NCBI GenBank assembly: GCA_963816355.1
Contig: CAWFKH010000006.1
Location: forward strand, 288,001 to 352,000
Length of the DNA: 64,000 nt
From: an uncultured Gemmatimonadales bacterium
Lineage (GTDB): Bacteria; Gemmatimonadota; Gemmatimonadetes; Longimicrobiales; RSA9
Reading direction: 5' to 3'
In this document: piece after piece, positions 38,787-49,799 of the stretch
How positions within the stretch are numbered: the first letter of the stretch is position 1
Layout: every line of letters begins with the position of its first letter
The notes under the pieces: generated by a model
Seen by the model: only the letters and a program-made list of their open reading frames with translations
What the model was told of the DNA's origin: nothing
Databases searched by the model: none
Position numbers and translations under genes: made by a program

Positions 38787-39152
38787 ATGCTCGAGTCGTT
38801 GTTGATCGGCGTCTACGTCTTCGTGCTCGCGATGTTCGTCGGCTTCGAGGTGATCACGAAGGTGCCGACGATTCTGCATACGCCGTTGATGTCGGGGTCC
38901 AACGCGATCTCCGGCATCTCGCTCATCGGCGCGGTGATCGTGGCGGGCCGGCTGGAGTCCAACGTGGCGACGGTTCTCGGCATCATCGCGGTCGCCTTCG
39001 GCACGGTGAACGTGGTGGGCGGCTTCATGGTGACGGACCGCATGCTGCAGATGTTCCGGCGCCGCAGTGAGCCGGAGCCGGCGGCGGGCGGTGGCGGCGC
39101 GGGTGGCGGCGGCCAGGTGGCGGCGAGCGTGCCGGCGGGAGGCGGCCGATGA
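38787..39152 (+). CDS. pntAB: NAD(P) transhydrogenase subunit alpha, membrane part
   Basis: LHTPLMSGSNAISG and NVVGGFMVTDRML. Confidence 0.95.
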   Translation: MLESLLIGVYVFVLAMFVGFEVITKVPTILHTPLMSGSNAISGISLIGAVIVAGRLESNVATVLGIIAVAFGTVNVVGGFMVTDRMLQMFRRRSEPEPAAGGGGAGGGGQVAASVPAGGGR

Positions 39153-40549
39153 GCGGCGGCATGAGCGTCGCGGTCGAGCTGTCGTACCTGATCGCGGCGG
39201 TGCTGTTCATCGTCGGGCTGAAGCAGCTCAGCTCGGCGGCGACGGCGCGGCGCGGCAACGTGATCGGCGGGATCGGCATGCTGATCGCGGTCGCGGCGAC
39301 GCTCTTCGACCGGCAGATCGTGGGCTTCTGGGCGATCGTAGTGGGCGTGGCGATCGGCGCGATCGCCGGGGCGGTCGCGGCGCGCAAGGTGAAGATGACG
39401 GCGATGCCGCAGATGGTGGCGGCGTTCAACGGCTTCGGCGGCGGCGCGTCCGCGCTGGTCGCCGCGGACGAGTACCTGCGCGCGCCGCTCGGCTCGGGGT
39501 TGCGCGGCGACATCGGGCTGAGTATCGCGCTGAGCGTGCTGATCGGCGCGGTGACGTTCTCGGGCAGCTTCGTCGCTTATGGGAAGCTGCAGGAGATCGT
39601 GACGGGGCGCGCGGTGACGTACCCGCTGCAGAAGACGTCGAACGGCCTGATCTTCGCCGGCATCGTCGCGCTGACGCTCTACCTCGCCTTCGGTCCGGTG
39701 ACGCCGCCGCTCTTCTGGGTGCTGATGGGCGCGTCGCTGGTGCTGGGCGTGCTGGTCGTGATCCCGATCGGCGGCGCGGACATGCCGGTCGTGATCTCGC
39801 TGCTGAACTCGTACTCCGGGCTCGCGGCGGCGGCGGCCGGCTTCGTGCTCGAGAACAACGTGCTGATCATCGCGGGCGCGCTGGTGGGCGCGTCGGGGAT
39901 CATCCTGACGCGGATCATGTGCGTGGCGATGAACCGGTCGCTGACGAACGTGCTGTTCGGCGCGTTCGGCGCGACCGCGCCGGCGCCGGGCGCCGCGGCG
40001 GTCTCGGCGACCGGCCAGTCGGTGCACGAGGTGCAGGCGGAGGACGCCGCGATCCTGCTGGGCTATGCGAAGCGCGTGGTGGTGGTGCCGGGCTACGGCC
40101 TGGCGGTCGCGCAGGCGCAGCACCAGGTGCGCGAGATGGCGGACCTGCTCGAGTCGCGCGGCGTCGACGTCAAGTACGGCATCCACCCGGTCGCCGGCCG
40201 CATGCCCGGCCACATGAACGTGCTGCTCGCCGAGGCGAACGTGCCGTACCCGAAGCTGTTCGAGATGGAGCAGATCAACTCGGAGCTGCCGCACACGGAC
40301 GTCGCGCTGGTCGTGGGCGCGAACGACGTCGTCAACCCGGCCGCGCGCAGCGACACGAGCAGCCCGATCTACGGCATGCCGATCATCGACGTGGACCGGG
40401 CCGGCACCGTGATCATTCTGAAGCGCAGCATGAACCCGGGCTTCGCAGGCATCGAGAACGAGCTCTTCTTCGCCGACAACACGCGCATGCTGTTCGGCGA
40501 CGCGCGCGCCTCGCTGACCAAGGTGATCGCGGAGCTGAAGCGGCTGTAG
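39149..40549 (+). CDS. pntB: NAD(P) transhydrogenase subunit beta
   Basis: IGGADMPVVISLLNSYSG and HPVAGRMPGHMNVLLAEA. Confidence 0.97.
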   Translation: MSGGMSVAVELSYLIAAVLFIVGLKQLSSAATARRGNVIGGIGMLIAVAATLFDRQIVGFWAIVVGVAIGAIAGAVAARKVKMTAMPQMVAAFNGFGGGASALVAADEYLRAPLGSGLRGDIGLSIALSVLIGAVTFSGSFVAYGKLQEIVTGRAVTYPLQKTSNGLIFAGIVALTLYLAFGPVTPPLFWVLMGASLVLGVLVVIPIGGADMPVVISLLNSYSGLAAAAAGFVLENNVLIIAGALVGASGIILTRIMCVAMNRSLTNVLFGAFGATAPAPGAAAVSATGQSVHEVQAEDAAILLGYAKRVVVVPGYGLAVAQAQHQVREMADLLESRGVDVKYGIHPVAGRMPGHMNVLLAEANVPYPKLFEMEQINSELPHTDVALVVGANDVVNPAARSDTSSPIYGMPIIDVDRAGTVIILKRSMNPGFAGIENELFFADNTRMLFGDARASLTKVIAELKRL

Positions 40550-40562
40550 ACGCCGTGCGGCC

Positions 40563-41882
40563 ATGACCACGTACGAGCTGCTCGCCGTCGTCCTCACGCT
40601 GGCGGCGCTGCTCGGCTACGCGAACGAGCGCTGGCTGCGCCTCGGCACCGCGATCGGCGCGACGGTGGGCGGCCTCGTCACGTCGCTGCTCGCCATCGCG
40701 CTCACCCACTGGTGGATCGGTGCCGACGCGCTGCGCCAGACGCTCGGCGCGATCGACTTCAACACGATCGTGCTCCAGGGGCTGCTCAGCTTCCTCCTCT
40801 TCGCCGGCGCGCTCCAGGTCGACGTGGACAGCCTGCGCCGCCACCTCGGCTCCATCCTGACGCTCGCCACCGCCGGCACCGTGATCTCCACCGCCGCCGT
40901 CGCGCTGCTGATGCGTGCGGCCGCGGCCGCCGTCGGCCTCCACCTCGGCCTCGGCTCCGCGCTCCTCTTCGGCGCGCTCATCTCGCCCACCGACCCGGTC
41001 GCCGTGCTCGGCATCCTGCGGCGCACCCGCGCGCCGGAGGGCGTTCTCGCCACGATCACCGGTGAATCGCTCTTCAACGACGGCGTCGGCGTCGTGCTCT
41101 TTACGCTCATCCTCGGCGTCGTCGCCGCGCCGGCGCTCGCCGTGCCGATGCAGGCGGCGGGCGCCGCGGCGCACGCGACGATCGGCGCGGGCGACGTCGC
41201 GCTGCTCTTCGCCGAGGAGGCGGTCGGCGGCGTCGTCTTCGGCGCCGCGCTCGGGTGGGCGGCGAACGAGATGATGCGGCGCATCGACCGCTACCAGGTC
41301 GAGATCCTGATCACGCTCGCGGTGGCGACCGGCGGCTACGCGCTCGCGGGTCGGCTGCACACGTCGGGGCCGCTCGCGATGGTGACCGCCGGCCTGCTGG
41401 TCGGCGGCCGCGGCCGGCGCATCGCGATGTCGGTGCTGACGCGCGAGAGGCTCGAGGTGTTCTGGGAGGTGATCGACGAGATCCTCAACACGATCCTCTT
41501 CGTGCTGATCGGGCTCGAACTGCTCGTGCTCGACGTGCGGCCCGCGTACGTGCTGGCCGGCCTCGTCGCCGTCCCCGTCACGCTGCTCGCCCGCTTCCTC
41601 GCCGTCGGCGTGCCCGCCGTCGTGATCCGGCTGCGCCGCGAGATGCCGCACCACGCCGTACGCGTGATGACGTGGGGTGGCCTGCGCGGCGGCATCGCGA
41701 TCGCGCTCGCGTTGAGCGTGCCGCCGACCGCGGAGCGCGCTCCGCTCGTGGTCGCCACGTACGTCGTCGTCGTCTTCTCGATCCTCGTGCAGGGCCTGAC
41801 GATCGAGCGGCTGATGCGGCACGTCTACGGCGCCGGCGAAGCGGTGGGCGGCGCTCCGCTTCCCGAGGCGAAAGGGATCTGA
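40563..41882 (+). CDS. CPA1 (NhaP-type) Na+/H+ antiporter
   Basis: SPTDPVAV, GESLFNDG and WGGLRG. Confidence 0.93.
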   Translation: MTTYELLAVVLTLAALLGYANERWLRLGTAIGATVGGLVTSLLAIALTHWWIGADALRQTLGAIDFNTIVLQGLLSFLLFAGALQVDVDSLRRHLGSILTLATAGTVISTAAVALLMRAAAAAVGLHLGLGSALLFGALISPTDPVAVLGILRRTRAPEGVLATITGESLFNDGVGVVLFTLILGVVAAPALAVPMQAAGAAAHATIGAGDVALLFAEEAVGGVVFGAALGWAANEMMRRIDRYQVEILITLAVATGGYALAGRLHTSGPLAMVTAGLLVGGRGRRIAMSVLTRERLEVFWEVIDEILNTILFVLIGLELLVLDVRPAYVLAGLVAVPVTLLARFLAVGVPAVVIRLRREMPHHAVRVMTWGGLRGGIAIALALSVPPTAERAPLVVATYVVVVFSILVQGLTIERLMRHVYGAGEAVGGAPLPEAKGI

Positions 41883-41972
41883 GCCCGCGCGCGAGATGCC
41901 GGCCGCGATCGATTCGCGACGAGCGCCGCGCGGCGCCGCGCGGCCACGCCGCGATGTCGTGCGACAAGAACA

Positions 41973-42001
41973 TTGACATTACCGCACGGAACCCGAAGAA
42001 T
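41973..42001 (+). promoter_or_regulatory. Putative sigma70 promoter of the histone-like gene
   Basis: TTGACA, 17 nt, AAGAAT. Confidence 0.45.
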
Positions 42002-42166
42002 TGTGTTCCAACCATACGCCTGCACGCGGATGCGCGGCCCACGGCGACCGCCGGGGAGGTCGCGGATCCGGACTCCGAGCGATCGACACCCGAAAGAAGT
42101 TCAAGCGCGAGGCGGCGGTACCCCGTAGTACGGGCAGTTGTGAACTCAACCAGGCGGGAGGCGAGT

Positions 42167-42511
42167 ATGGCACCGAAGAAGGCAGCACCGAAGAAGGCGG
42201 CGAAGAAGGCGCCGGCCAAGAAGGCGACCGCCGCGAAGAAGCCGGCCGCGAAGAAGTCCGCCAAGAAGCCGGCCGCGAAGAAGGCCGCGCCGAAGAAGGC
42301 CGCGCCGAAGAAGGCCGCGCCGAAGAAGGCCGCGCCGAAGAAGGCCGCGCCGAAGAAGGCCGCGAAGAAGACGACCGCCGCGAAGTCGGCGAAGAAGCCG
42401 GCCAAGAAGGCGGCCGCCAAGAAGCCCGCAGCGAAGAAGGCCGCGGCGAAGAAGCCCGCAGCGAAGAAGACGGCGAAGAAGCCGGCCAAGAAGGCCGTGA
42501 AGAGAAAGTAG
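42167..42511 (+). CDS. Histone H1-like Lys/Ala/Pro-rich DNA-binding protein (114 aa)
   Basis: RBS GGAGG; (KKAAP)n repeats; followed by a terminator. Confidence 0.85.
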   Translation: MAPKKAAPKKAAKKAPAKKATAAKKPAAKKSAKKPAAKKAAPKKAAPKKAAPKKAAPKKAAPKKAAKKTTAAKSAKKPAKKAAAKKPAAKKAAAKKPAAKKTAKKPAKKAVKRK

Positions 42512-42536
42512 ATCGCAGCAGATCGGCTGGACGTGA

Positions 42537-42570
42537 AAGAGCCCCGGTGAGGATCGCCGGGGCTCTTCTC
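42537..42570 (+). terminator. Intrinsic terminator-like hairpin
   Basis: AAGAGCCCCGG...CCGGGGCTCTT then CTCTGT. Confidence 0.7.
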
Positions 42571-42627
42571 TGTCCTGGAGACAACGGAGCTATCGGAGGG
42601 GTGGACGCTTCGCGGCGAGGCTGAATT

Positions 42628-42950
42628 GCCGGTGGGTTCGTTTCACGGGGAGGGCGCGGAGGGCGCGGAGGAGTTCGCCGCCGGGAAAGCTCGCGGCGCG
42701 GGGCGAGCGGCGTCGCACTCGAGCCGCCGGTTATCTGTTGGGGTTTCGATGCGCGACGCCCGTTCGCAGCCGAAGAAACCCACCCAGAAGAAGAATGCAG
42801 GCCGTGCCGCGCGCATCTCGCGATACGCCGGTTCCCCTCCGCGTCCTCCGCGCCCTCCGCGAGAAACCACCCCGCGTCCTCCGCGAGAAACGCGGCGCCT
42901 CCGCGTGAAACGCGGCGCCTCCGCGTGAAACGCCGCGCCCTCCGCGTTCG
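42628..42950 (+). repeat. REP/MITE-like element, copy 1
   Basis: Inverted ends TTTCACG(G/C)GGAGGGCGCGGAG and CTCCGCGCCCTCCGCG(A/T)GAAA; interior homologous to 49800-50092. Confidence 0.8.
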
Positions 42951-42960
42951 CGCGCTCCTG

Positions 42961-44299
42961 CTAGGGTGCGCCCGGGTAGTCGCGCTCGTCCGCACCAATG
43001 TAGATCTGGCGCGGGCGCGCGATTTTCTGCTCGGGGTCGACGAGCATCTCCTGCCACTGCGCGAGCCAGCCGGCGACGCGCGGGATCGCGAAGAGGACGG
43101 GGAACATGTCGACCGGCAGTCCCATCGCCTGATAGATGATGCCGGAGTAGAAGTCGACGTTCGGGTAGAGCTTGCGGGAGACGAAGTAGTCGTCCTCGAG
43201 GCTGATCCGCTCGAGCTCGAGCGCGATGTCGAGGAGCGGATTGCGGCCGGTCACCTCGAAGACCTGCGGCGCGAGCGCCTTGAGGATGCGGGCGCGGGGG
43301 TCGTAGTTCTTGTAGACGCGGTGGCCGAAGCCCATGAGTCGGAACTCGCCCTTCTTCACGCGTTCGATGTAGCCCGGCACGTTCTCCCTGGAGCCGATCT
43401 CCGTGAGCATGCGCAGGACCTGCTCGTTGGCGCCGCCGTGGAGCGGGCCGTAGAGCGCGGCCGCGGCGGCGGCGACGGAGACGTAGGGGTCGGCGTGTGA
43501 GCTGCCGACGTTGCGCATCGCGCTCGTGCTGCAGTTCTGTTCGTGGTCGGCGTGGAGGATGAAGAGCACGTCGAGCGTGTGCTCGAGGACCGGGTCCGGC
43601 TCGTACTTCAGCTCCGTCGCCTTGAACATCATGTTGAGGAAGTTGTCCGGTGAAGCTGAGGTCGTTGTCCGGGTAGGCGTACGGCATGCCGACGCTGTGG
43701 CGGTGCGCGAAGGCGGCGATCGTCGGCATCTTCGCGATGAGCCGGTGGATCTGGATGCGGCGGTTGTCCGCGTCGTGGATGTTGCGCGACTCCGGGTAGA
43801 ACGTGGAGAGCCCGGCGACGGTGCTGACGAGCACGCCCATCGGGTGCGCGTCGTGGTGGAAGCCGTCCATGAACTTCTTTATGCTCTCGTGGATGAAGGT
43901 GTGGTGCGTGATGTCCCACACCCAGCGCGCGTACTCGTCCTCGTTCGGCAGCTCGCCGTGGATCAACAGGTAGGCGACCTCGAGGAAGTTGCTCCGCTCG
44001 GCGAGCTGCTCGATGGGGTAGCCGCGGTAGCGCAGGATCCCGCGGTCGCCGTCGATGAACGTGATCGCGCTCTTGCACGACGCCGTGTTCATGAACGCGG
44101 GATCGTAGCTCATCAGCCCGAAGTCCTCCTCCGAGCCCTTGATGCGGCGCAGCTCGGCGCCGCGGATGTAGGCGCCGTAGTCGTGATAAATGCCGTAGTC
44201 GACCGGCAGCTCGAGGGTGTTTCCCGTGCGCTCGTCGCGCAGGCTGACGGTGTTCGTTCCCCTGGCTCCGTTGTCGGGGGCTTCGTTCGTGTCGGCCAT
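42961..44299 (-). CDS. gltA: Citrate synthase (apparent frameshift near 43648)
   Basis: [36 protein letters not shown] and YPNVDFY. Confidence 0.95.
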
Positions 44300-44558
44300 C
44301 TTCGTGTCCCGTGTATCGCGGATCCGGGCCGGCCGCCCGGATGGCGCCGGCTTTCGCTCGCGGAGGCGCGGCACTCGCCCGCCGCCGCAGGACAGAATGG
44401 TACGGCATCACGCCGTTTCGGGCGAGGCTCGACGCCCGGCGGCGGCGAAGGCGTCGCGGTCCGCAGGCGCTCGGACGACGTCGCCATGCCGCGCCGCGGT
44501 TGCGCGCGACGTCCTCGGCCGGATAGAGTCCCGTGCCCCCATCACGACGGAGGATCCG

Positions 44559-46643
44559 ATGATGCGCAGGATGCTGCCCCTGCTCGCCGCCGCGCTGCTG
44601 GCGCCGACGGCCACGCGCGCGCAACTCCCCGCGGGCGCGACCGCGGGCGACCGCTTCACCGCCGGCGACGTCTTCCAGCTCGAGTGGGCGGAGGACCCGC
44701 AGATCTCGCCGGACGGCGGCCGCGTCGTCTACGCCCGCTCCTTTTACGACGTCATGAAGGACCGCTCGCGCTCGAACCTGTGGCTGCTGTCCGCGGACGG
44801 CTCGAGCGCGCGCGCGCTGACGACCGGGATGCACGACTTCGGCTCGCCGCGCTGGTCGCCGGACGGCGGCCGCATCGCCTACGTCTCCAGCGTGGACGGC
44901 GGCGCCCAGATCTGGGTGCGCTGGCTCGACACCGGCCAGGAGGCGGAGCTGACGCACCTCGAGCGCGGCCCGCGCGGCCTGAGCTGGTCCCCGGACGGCC
45001 GATGGCTCGCGTTTGCGATGTTCGTGCCGGACCCGCCGAAGCCGCCCGCGGCGATGCCGCCGAAGCCGGAGGGCGCCGACTGGGGCCCGCCGATCAAGTA
45101 CATCGAGTCGATCCACTACCGTCAGAACGGCGCCGGCTACCTCGAGGAGGGGCACACGCACCTCTTCGTGCTGCCGGCGCAGGGCGGCACCGCGCGCCAG
45201 GTCACCGACGGCCCCTTCGACGATGGCGCGCCGGTGTGGGCGCCGGACGGCAAGAGCCTGATCTTCTCGGCGAACCGGCACGAGAACGCCGAGTACGAGC
45301 CGGCGAACAGCGAGGTGTACGAGGTGAGTCTCGACGGCGGGACGGTCCGCGCCCTCACCGACCGCAAGGGGCCGGACGGCGACCCCGCGCTCTCGCCGGA
45401 CGGAAAGAGCATCGCCTACACCGGCTACGACGAGCGCTACCAGGGCTACCAGCTCACGCACCTCTACGTGATGGCGCGGGACGGCTCCGGCAGCCGCATG
45501 ATCGCCGGCGACTTCGACCGCGACGTGCAGAGCCCGGCCTGGAGTGCGGACGGCCGCTCGATCTACTTCCAGTACGACGACCGCGGCGACACCCGCCTCG
45601 CGCGCGTCTCCCTCGACGGCCACGTCACGGACCTCGCCGCGCACGTCGGCGGCGTCTCGATCGGCCGCCCCTACACCGGCGGCTCCTTCTCCGTCGGCGG
45701 CGGCGCGTACGCCTTCACGCTCGGCGCGCCGGACCATCCCGCCGACGTCGCCGTCGGCCGCGCGGGCCGCGAGCCGCGTCGTCTGACCGACCTGAACGAG
45801 GACCTGCTGGGGCACAAGAAGCTCGGCACGCTGGACACGCTCGTCTTCAAGTCGTCGTTCGACCAGCGCGAGATCCAGGGCTGGATCCTGAAGCCGCCCG
45901 GCTTCGACGCGAGCCGCAAGTACCCGCTCGTGCTCGAGATCCACGGCGGCCCCTTCGCCGCCTACGGCCCCTGGTTCGCCGCCGAGGACCAGCTCTACGC
46001 CAGCGCCGGCTACGTCGTGCTCTACCTCAACCCGCGCGGCAGCACCAGCTACGGCGAGGAGTTCGGCAACCTGATCCACCACGACTACCCGGACCACGAC
46101 TACGACGACTTGATGTCCGGCGTCGACGCGCTCGTCGGCCGCGGCTACATCGACCCGCAGCGGCTCTTCGTCACCGGTGGCAGCGGCGGCGGCGTGCTCA
46201 CGGCGTGGATCGTCGGCCACACCGACCGCTTCCGCGCGGCCGTCGTGCAAAAGCCGGTGATCAACTGGTACAGCTTCGTCCTCACCGCGGACGGCATCCC
46301 GTTCTTCTCCCGCTACTGGTTCCCCGGCCCGCCGTGGGAGAACCTCGAGCAGTACATGAAGCGTTCGCCGATCTCGTACGTCGGGAACGTGAAGACGCCG
46401 ACGATGCTCGTCACCGGCGAGGTCGACTACCGCACGCCGAGCGAGGAGGCGGAGCAGTTCTACGCGGGGCTGAAGCTGCGCAAGATCCCGACGGCGATGG
46501 TGCGCATCCCGGATGCGTCGCACGACATCGCGGCGCACCCCAGCAACATGATCGCGAAGGTCGCCTACATCCTCGACTGGTTCGCGAAGTACGGCGGCCA
46601 GCCCGCGTCCGCGCAGGCGCGGCAGGCGACGCCGCAGCGCTGA
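44559..46643 (+). CDS. S9 family peptidase (acylaminoacyl/dipeptidyl peptidase)
   Basis: Signal peptide, PD40-type SPDG repeats, HGGP, GGSGGG, D(YRT) and H(DI). Confidence 0.93.
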   Translation: MMRRMLPLLAAALLAPTATRAQLPAGATAGDRFTAGDVFQLEWAEDPQISPDGGRVVYARSFYDVMKDRSRSNLWLLSADGSSARALTTGMHDFGSPRWSPDGGRIAYVSSVDGGAQIWVRWLDTGQEAELTHLERGPRGLSWSPDGRWLAFAMFVPDPPKPPAAMPPKPEGADWGPPIKYIESIHYRQNGAGYLEEGHTHLFVLPAQGGTARQVTDGPFDDGAPVWAPDGKSLIFSANRHENAEYEPANSEVYEVSLDGGTVRALTDRKGPDGDPALSPDGKSIAYTGYDERYQGYQLTHLYVMARDGSGSRMIAGDFDRDVQSPAWSADGRSIYFQYDDRGDTRLARVSLDGHVTDLAAHVGGVSIGRPYTGGSFSVGGGAYAFTLGAPDHPADVAVGRAGREPRRLTDLNEDLLGHKKLGTLDTLVFKSSFDQREIQGWILKPPGFDASRKYPLVLEIHGGPFAAYGPWFAAEDQLYASAGYVVLYLNPRGSTSYGEEFGNLIHHDYPDHDYDDLMSGVDALVGRGYIDPQRLFVTGGSGGGVLTAWIVGHTDRFRAAVVQKPVINWYSFVLTADGIPFFSRYWFPGPPWENLEQYMKRSPISYVGNVKTPTMLVTGEVDYRTPSEEAEQFYAGLKLRKIPTAMVRIPDASHDIAAHPSNMIAKVAYILDWFAKYGGQPASAQARQATPQR

Positions 46644-46730
46644 CCACGCGGCGTCTCCCGGCGACGCGGCCGCCTCCGGTCGCGTCCCGCGCGGTCGCGC
46701 CCGGCGCGGTCGCGTCCCGCGCTCACGGCT

Positions 46731-49340
46731 TCACGCCTCGCCGCGGATCGTGAGCGCGGGGTCGACGCGGCTCGAGCGCCGAGCCGGGACGTAGGCGCCG
46801 AGCACGGCGGCGAGGATGAGCAGAGCGGCGGCCGCGGCGTAGGCCGCCGGGTCGAAGCGCGTCACGCCGTACAGCACCGACTGCAGGAAGCGGGTGGCGA
46901 GCGCGGCGGCGAGGACGCCGGCGAGCACGCCGCCCGCCGCCATGCCGGCGGCGCCCCGCATCACCTGGAGCTGGACGCCGCCCGGCGTGGCGCCGAGCGC
47001 CATGCGCAGCCCGATCTCGTAGTGCCGCGTCGCGACGTTGTAGGCGATCACGCCGTAGATGCCGACGCCGGCGAGCACGAGCGCGATCGCCGCGAAGAAG
47101 AGGAGCGCGAACATCGCGAAGCGGCGGTCGGAGGCGCTGTCGGTGATGCGGCCCTCGACGGTGCCGAACTCCGCCGGCGTTCCCGGCTCGATCTGACGCA
47201 GCCGCGCCCGCACCGGCGCGATCGCCGCTCGCGGGTCGCCGATCGTGCGCAGGAACGCGACGATCCGGTCGCTCGCCTCCTGCGGCTGCTGCGCCATCGG
47301 CACGTAGATCTCGTTCTGCTCGCCGCGTTTCATCGACCAGCTCGACGCCTCCGCCACGACGCCCACCACCGTGTAGTAGACGCCGACGCGGTAGTTGCTC
47401 GCCACCCGCTTCCCGATCGGGTCCTCGCCCGGCCACAGCGCGCGCGCGACGCCCGGCGTCACGACGGCGACGGGGACGCGGCCCGCGCGGTCGTCGGCGC
47501 TGAAGCCGCGGCCGCTCACGATGCGCTGGCGCAGGACCGTGAAGTAGTCCGCCGATACGACGCGGTATCCCGCGAGCGCAAGCCAGTCGTGGTCGATCGG
47601 ATCGCCCGGCCGGATCACCGGCGCCGAGTGCATCCCCCACTGCAGCGGCATCTGCGTCGAGTACGCGACGCCCCGCACGCCCGGCACCGCCGCCAGCTGC
47701 TCACGGAGGCGCGACAGAGCGTCCGCGCTCGCGTTCGGCCCCTCCGGCGACAGCTCGATCGTCATCACGTGGCGCGGGTCGAAGCCGGGGTCCGCGCTCA
47801 CGATGTTGTGGAACGTGCGAACGAGCAGCGCCGATCCGACGAGCAGCACCACCGCCATCGCGATCTCGAAGCCGATCAGGCCTCGCCACACGTTCGCGCG
47901 GATGGCGACGTCGCCGCCGCGACCCGCGCCGCGCAACGCCCGCCCCGGGTTCCCCGCCGCCATCCGCCATGCGGGATACAGCCCGATCAGCAGCGACGTC
48001 GCCACCGTGATCGCGCCGACGAACACGAGCACCGGCCCGTTCACGCTCAGCTCCTCCAGCCGCGGCACCAGGCCGGCGCCGAGCAGCCGGACCACGCGCG
48101 TCAGGACGAGCGCGAAGAGCACCCCGAGCACGCCGCCCGCCAGCGCCAGCACGCCGCTCTCCACCAGGAGCTGCCGCACGATGCGCCGCCGCGCCGCGCC
48201 GAGCGCCGAGCGCACCGCGATCTCGAGGCGGCGCCGCATGCCGCGCGCGAGCTGCGCGGTCACCAGGTTCGTGCACGCGACCAGCAGAACGAGCGCCGCG
48301 GCGCCGAACACGATCGACAGCAGCAGCCGGTAGTCGCCCACCAGGTACTCTCGCAGCGGCGTGACGTCGGCGTCCACCGCGTCCGTCTCGTTGCCGTACT
48401 GGAGCGCGAGCCGGCGCGAGAGATCGCCCATCTCCCGCCGCGCCGCCGCGAGCGTCGCGCCCGGCGCCAGCCGCGCGACCACGTCGTAGGCGTGCGCGCT
48501 GCGGACGGTGCCGGGCCCCTGCTCGTGCGGGAAGTAGACGTCGACCGGGCGCTCGAAACGGAAGCCCGCCGGCAGCACCCCGACGACGTCGCACGAGGTG
48601 CCGTCCACAGTGATCGCGCCCAGGGGCGTCCGGCCGCCGTACTGCGTCTCCCAGACCGCGTGCGACAACATCACCACGCACGGGCCGCCCGGCCGGTTCT
48701 CGTCCGCCGTGAAGGCGCGCCCCACCGCCGGCCGCACGCCGAGCGTGCGGAAGAAGTCCCGCGACACGCCCAGCTCCGTCACCCGGTAGGCGTCGCGCCC
48801 CACCCGCACCGTGCCGGCGTCGGGACCGCGCGTCGAGGCGATCGCGGAGAAGGAGCGCGCCTGCGAGCGCCAGTCGTCGAAGTTCTCATACGACGCCGCC
48901 GTCAGCCGCCCCTGCCGCGTGCGCTCCCGGATCAGCACCAGCCGCTCCGCGTGCGCGTACGGCAACGGCCGCAGCAGCACCGTGTCCAGCACCGTGAAGC
49001 CCACCGTCGTCGCGCCGATCCCGAGCGCCAGCGTCACCAGCGCCAGCGCCGTGAACCCGCTCTGCTTGCGCAGCGTGCGAACCGCCCAGCGTACGTCCTG
49101 CATGCCCCCCTCCATGACACGTGTACCGCGCTCGTCGCGCGTCATCTCCGCGATGCGCAGCGGATCGCCGAACCGCTCCGCCGCCACCGCGCGCGCTTCC
49201 CCCGTGTTCCGACCTCGACGGAGCTGCCGCGCCGTCTCCATCTCCAAATGGAAGCGGAACTCCTCCTCCATCTCGCGATCCCTCGCACCGCCCCGGAACT
49301 GCGCGGAGAGCCGCTCCCGAACCGCATGCACCCAGCCCAT
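46731..49340 (-). CDS. ADOP-family duplicated ABC permease (MacB/FtsX domains)
   Basis: EEEFRFHLE, TLALGIGATT, LLVACTNL and EIGLRMALGA. Confidence 0.9.
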   Translation of the reverse strand: MGWVHAVRERLSAQFRGGARDREMEEEFRFHLEMETARQLRRGRNTGEARAVAAERFGDPLRIAEMTRDERGTRVMEGGMQDVRWAVRTLRKQSGFTALALVTLALGIGATTVGFTVLDTVLLRPLPYAHAERLVLIRERTRQGRLTAASYENFDDWRSQARSFSAIASTRGPDAGTVRVGRDAYRVTELGVSRDFFRTLGVRPAVGRAFTADENRPGGPCVVMLSHAVWETQYGGRTPLGAITVDGTSCDVVGVLPAGFRFERPVDVYFPHEQGPGTVRSAHAYDVVARLAPGATLAAARREMGDLSRRLALQYGNETDAVDADVTPLREYLVGDYRLLLSIVFGAAALVLLVACTNLVTAQLARGMRRRLEIAVRSALGAARRRIVRQLLVESGVLALAGGVLGVLFALVLTRVVRLLGAGLVPRLEELSVNGPVLVFVGAITVATSLLIGLYPAWRMAAGNPGRALRGAGRGGDVAIRANVWRGLIGFEIAMAVVLLVGSALLVRTFHNIVSADPGFDPRHVMTIELSPEGPNASADALSRLREQLAAVPGVRGVAYSTQMPLQWGMHSAPVIRPGDPIDHDWLALAGYRVVSADYFTVLRQRIVSGRGFSADDRAGRVPVAVVTPGVARALWPGEDPIGKRVASNYRVGVYYTVVGVVAEASSWSMKRGEQNEIYVPMAQQPQEASDRIVAFLRTIGDPRAAIAPVRARLRQIEPGTPAEFGTVEGRITDSASDRRFAMFALLFFAAIALVLAGVGIYGVIAYNVATRHYEIGLRMALGATPGGVQLQVMRGAAGMAAGGVLAGVLAAALATRFLQSVLYGVTRFDPAAYAAAAALLILAAVLGAYVPARRSSRVDPALTIRGEA

Positions 49341-49341
49341 C

Positions 49342-49686
49342 TCACGCCTCTCCCGGCGCCGCGCGCAGCACCCGCTCGACGCCCGCCATGGCACCCCGCC
49401 ACCACGCCACCTCCGCCTCCAGCTGCCGCCGCCCCGCCCCCGTCAGGCTGTAGTAGCGCGCCCGCCGCCCGCTCTCCGTGCGGCGCCACGCCGACGTCAC
49501 CCAGCCCCGCCGCAGAAGCCGTTGCAGCGCCGGGTACACCACCCCCTGCTGCACCACGAACGCCTCCCCCGACAGTCGCTCGATCCGCTCCGAGATCCCC
49601 CAGCCGTGCATCGCGCCGAGACTGAGCGCCTTCAGGATCAGCATGTCGAACGTGCCCGGCAGAAGCTCCCCGTGCGCCCGCGCCAT
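49342..49686 (-). CDS. PadR family regulator
   Basis: GTFDMLILKAL...MHGWGI...YPALQRL...YYSLT. Confidence 0.92.
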   Translation of the reverse strand: MARAHGELLPGTFDMLILKALSLGAMHGWGISERIERLSGEAFVVQQGVVYPALQRLLRRGWVTSAWRRTESGRRARYYSLTGAGRRQLEAEVAWWRGAMAGVERVLRAAPGEA

Positions 49687-49799
49687 CGGCCCTTCGCCTC
49701 TCGTCTTGCGCCCGTGTTCGCGTCCTGTAAGAAGCACACAGGTAGGCAATATACTGAATATGGACACTGGGCGCGACCGGATGGTTGCGCCGGAGAGGG

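Noticed and set aside
43630..43660. Citrate synthase and other split genes (xseA, mod, parB, OMP at 36920) as pseudogenes
   Set aside because: Where I could locate the break (gltA, first xseA break, mod) it is a single-base slip at a short homopolymer, and motifs are intact. This is more consistent with long-read indel errors; reads are needed to confirm.
43511..46753. 1080-aa and 969-aa overlapping ORFs and similar long Arg/Ala/Pro-rich ORFs in the high-GC half
   Set aside because: Alternative-frame or antisense shadows of well-supported genes, expected at high GC.
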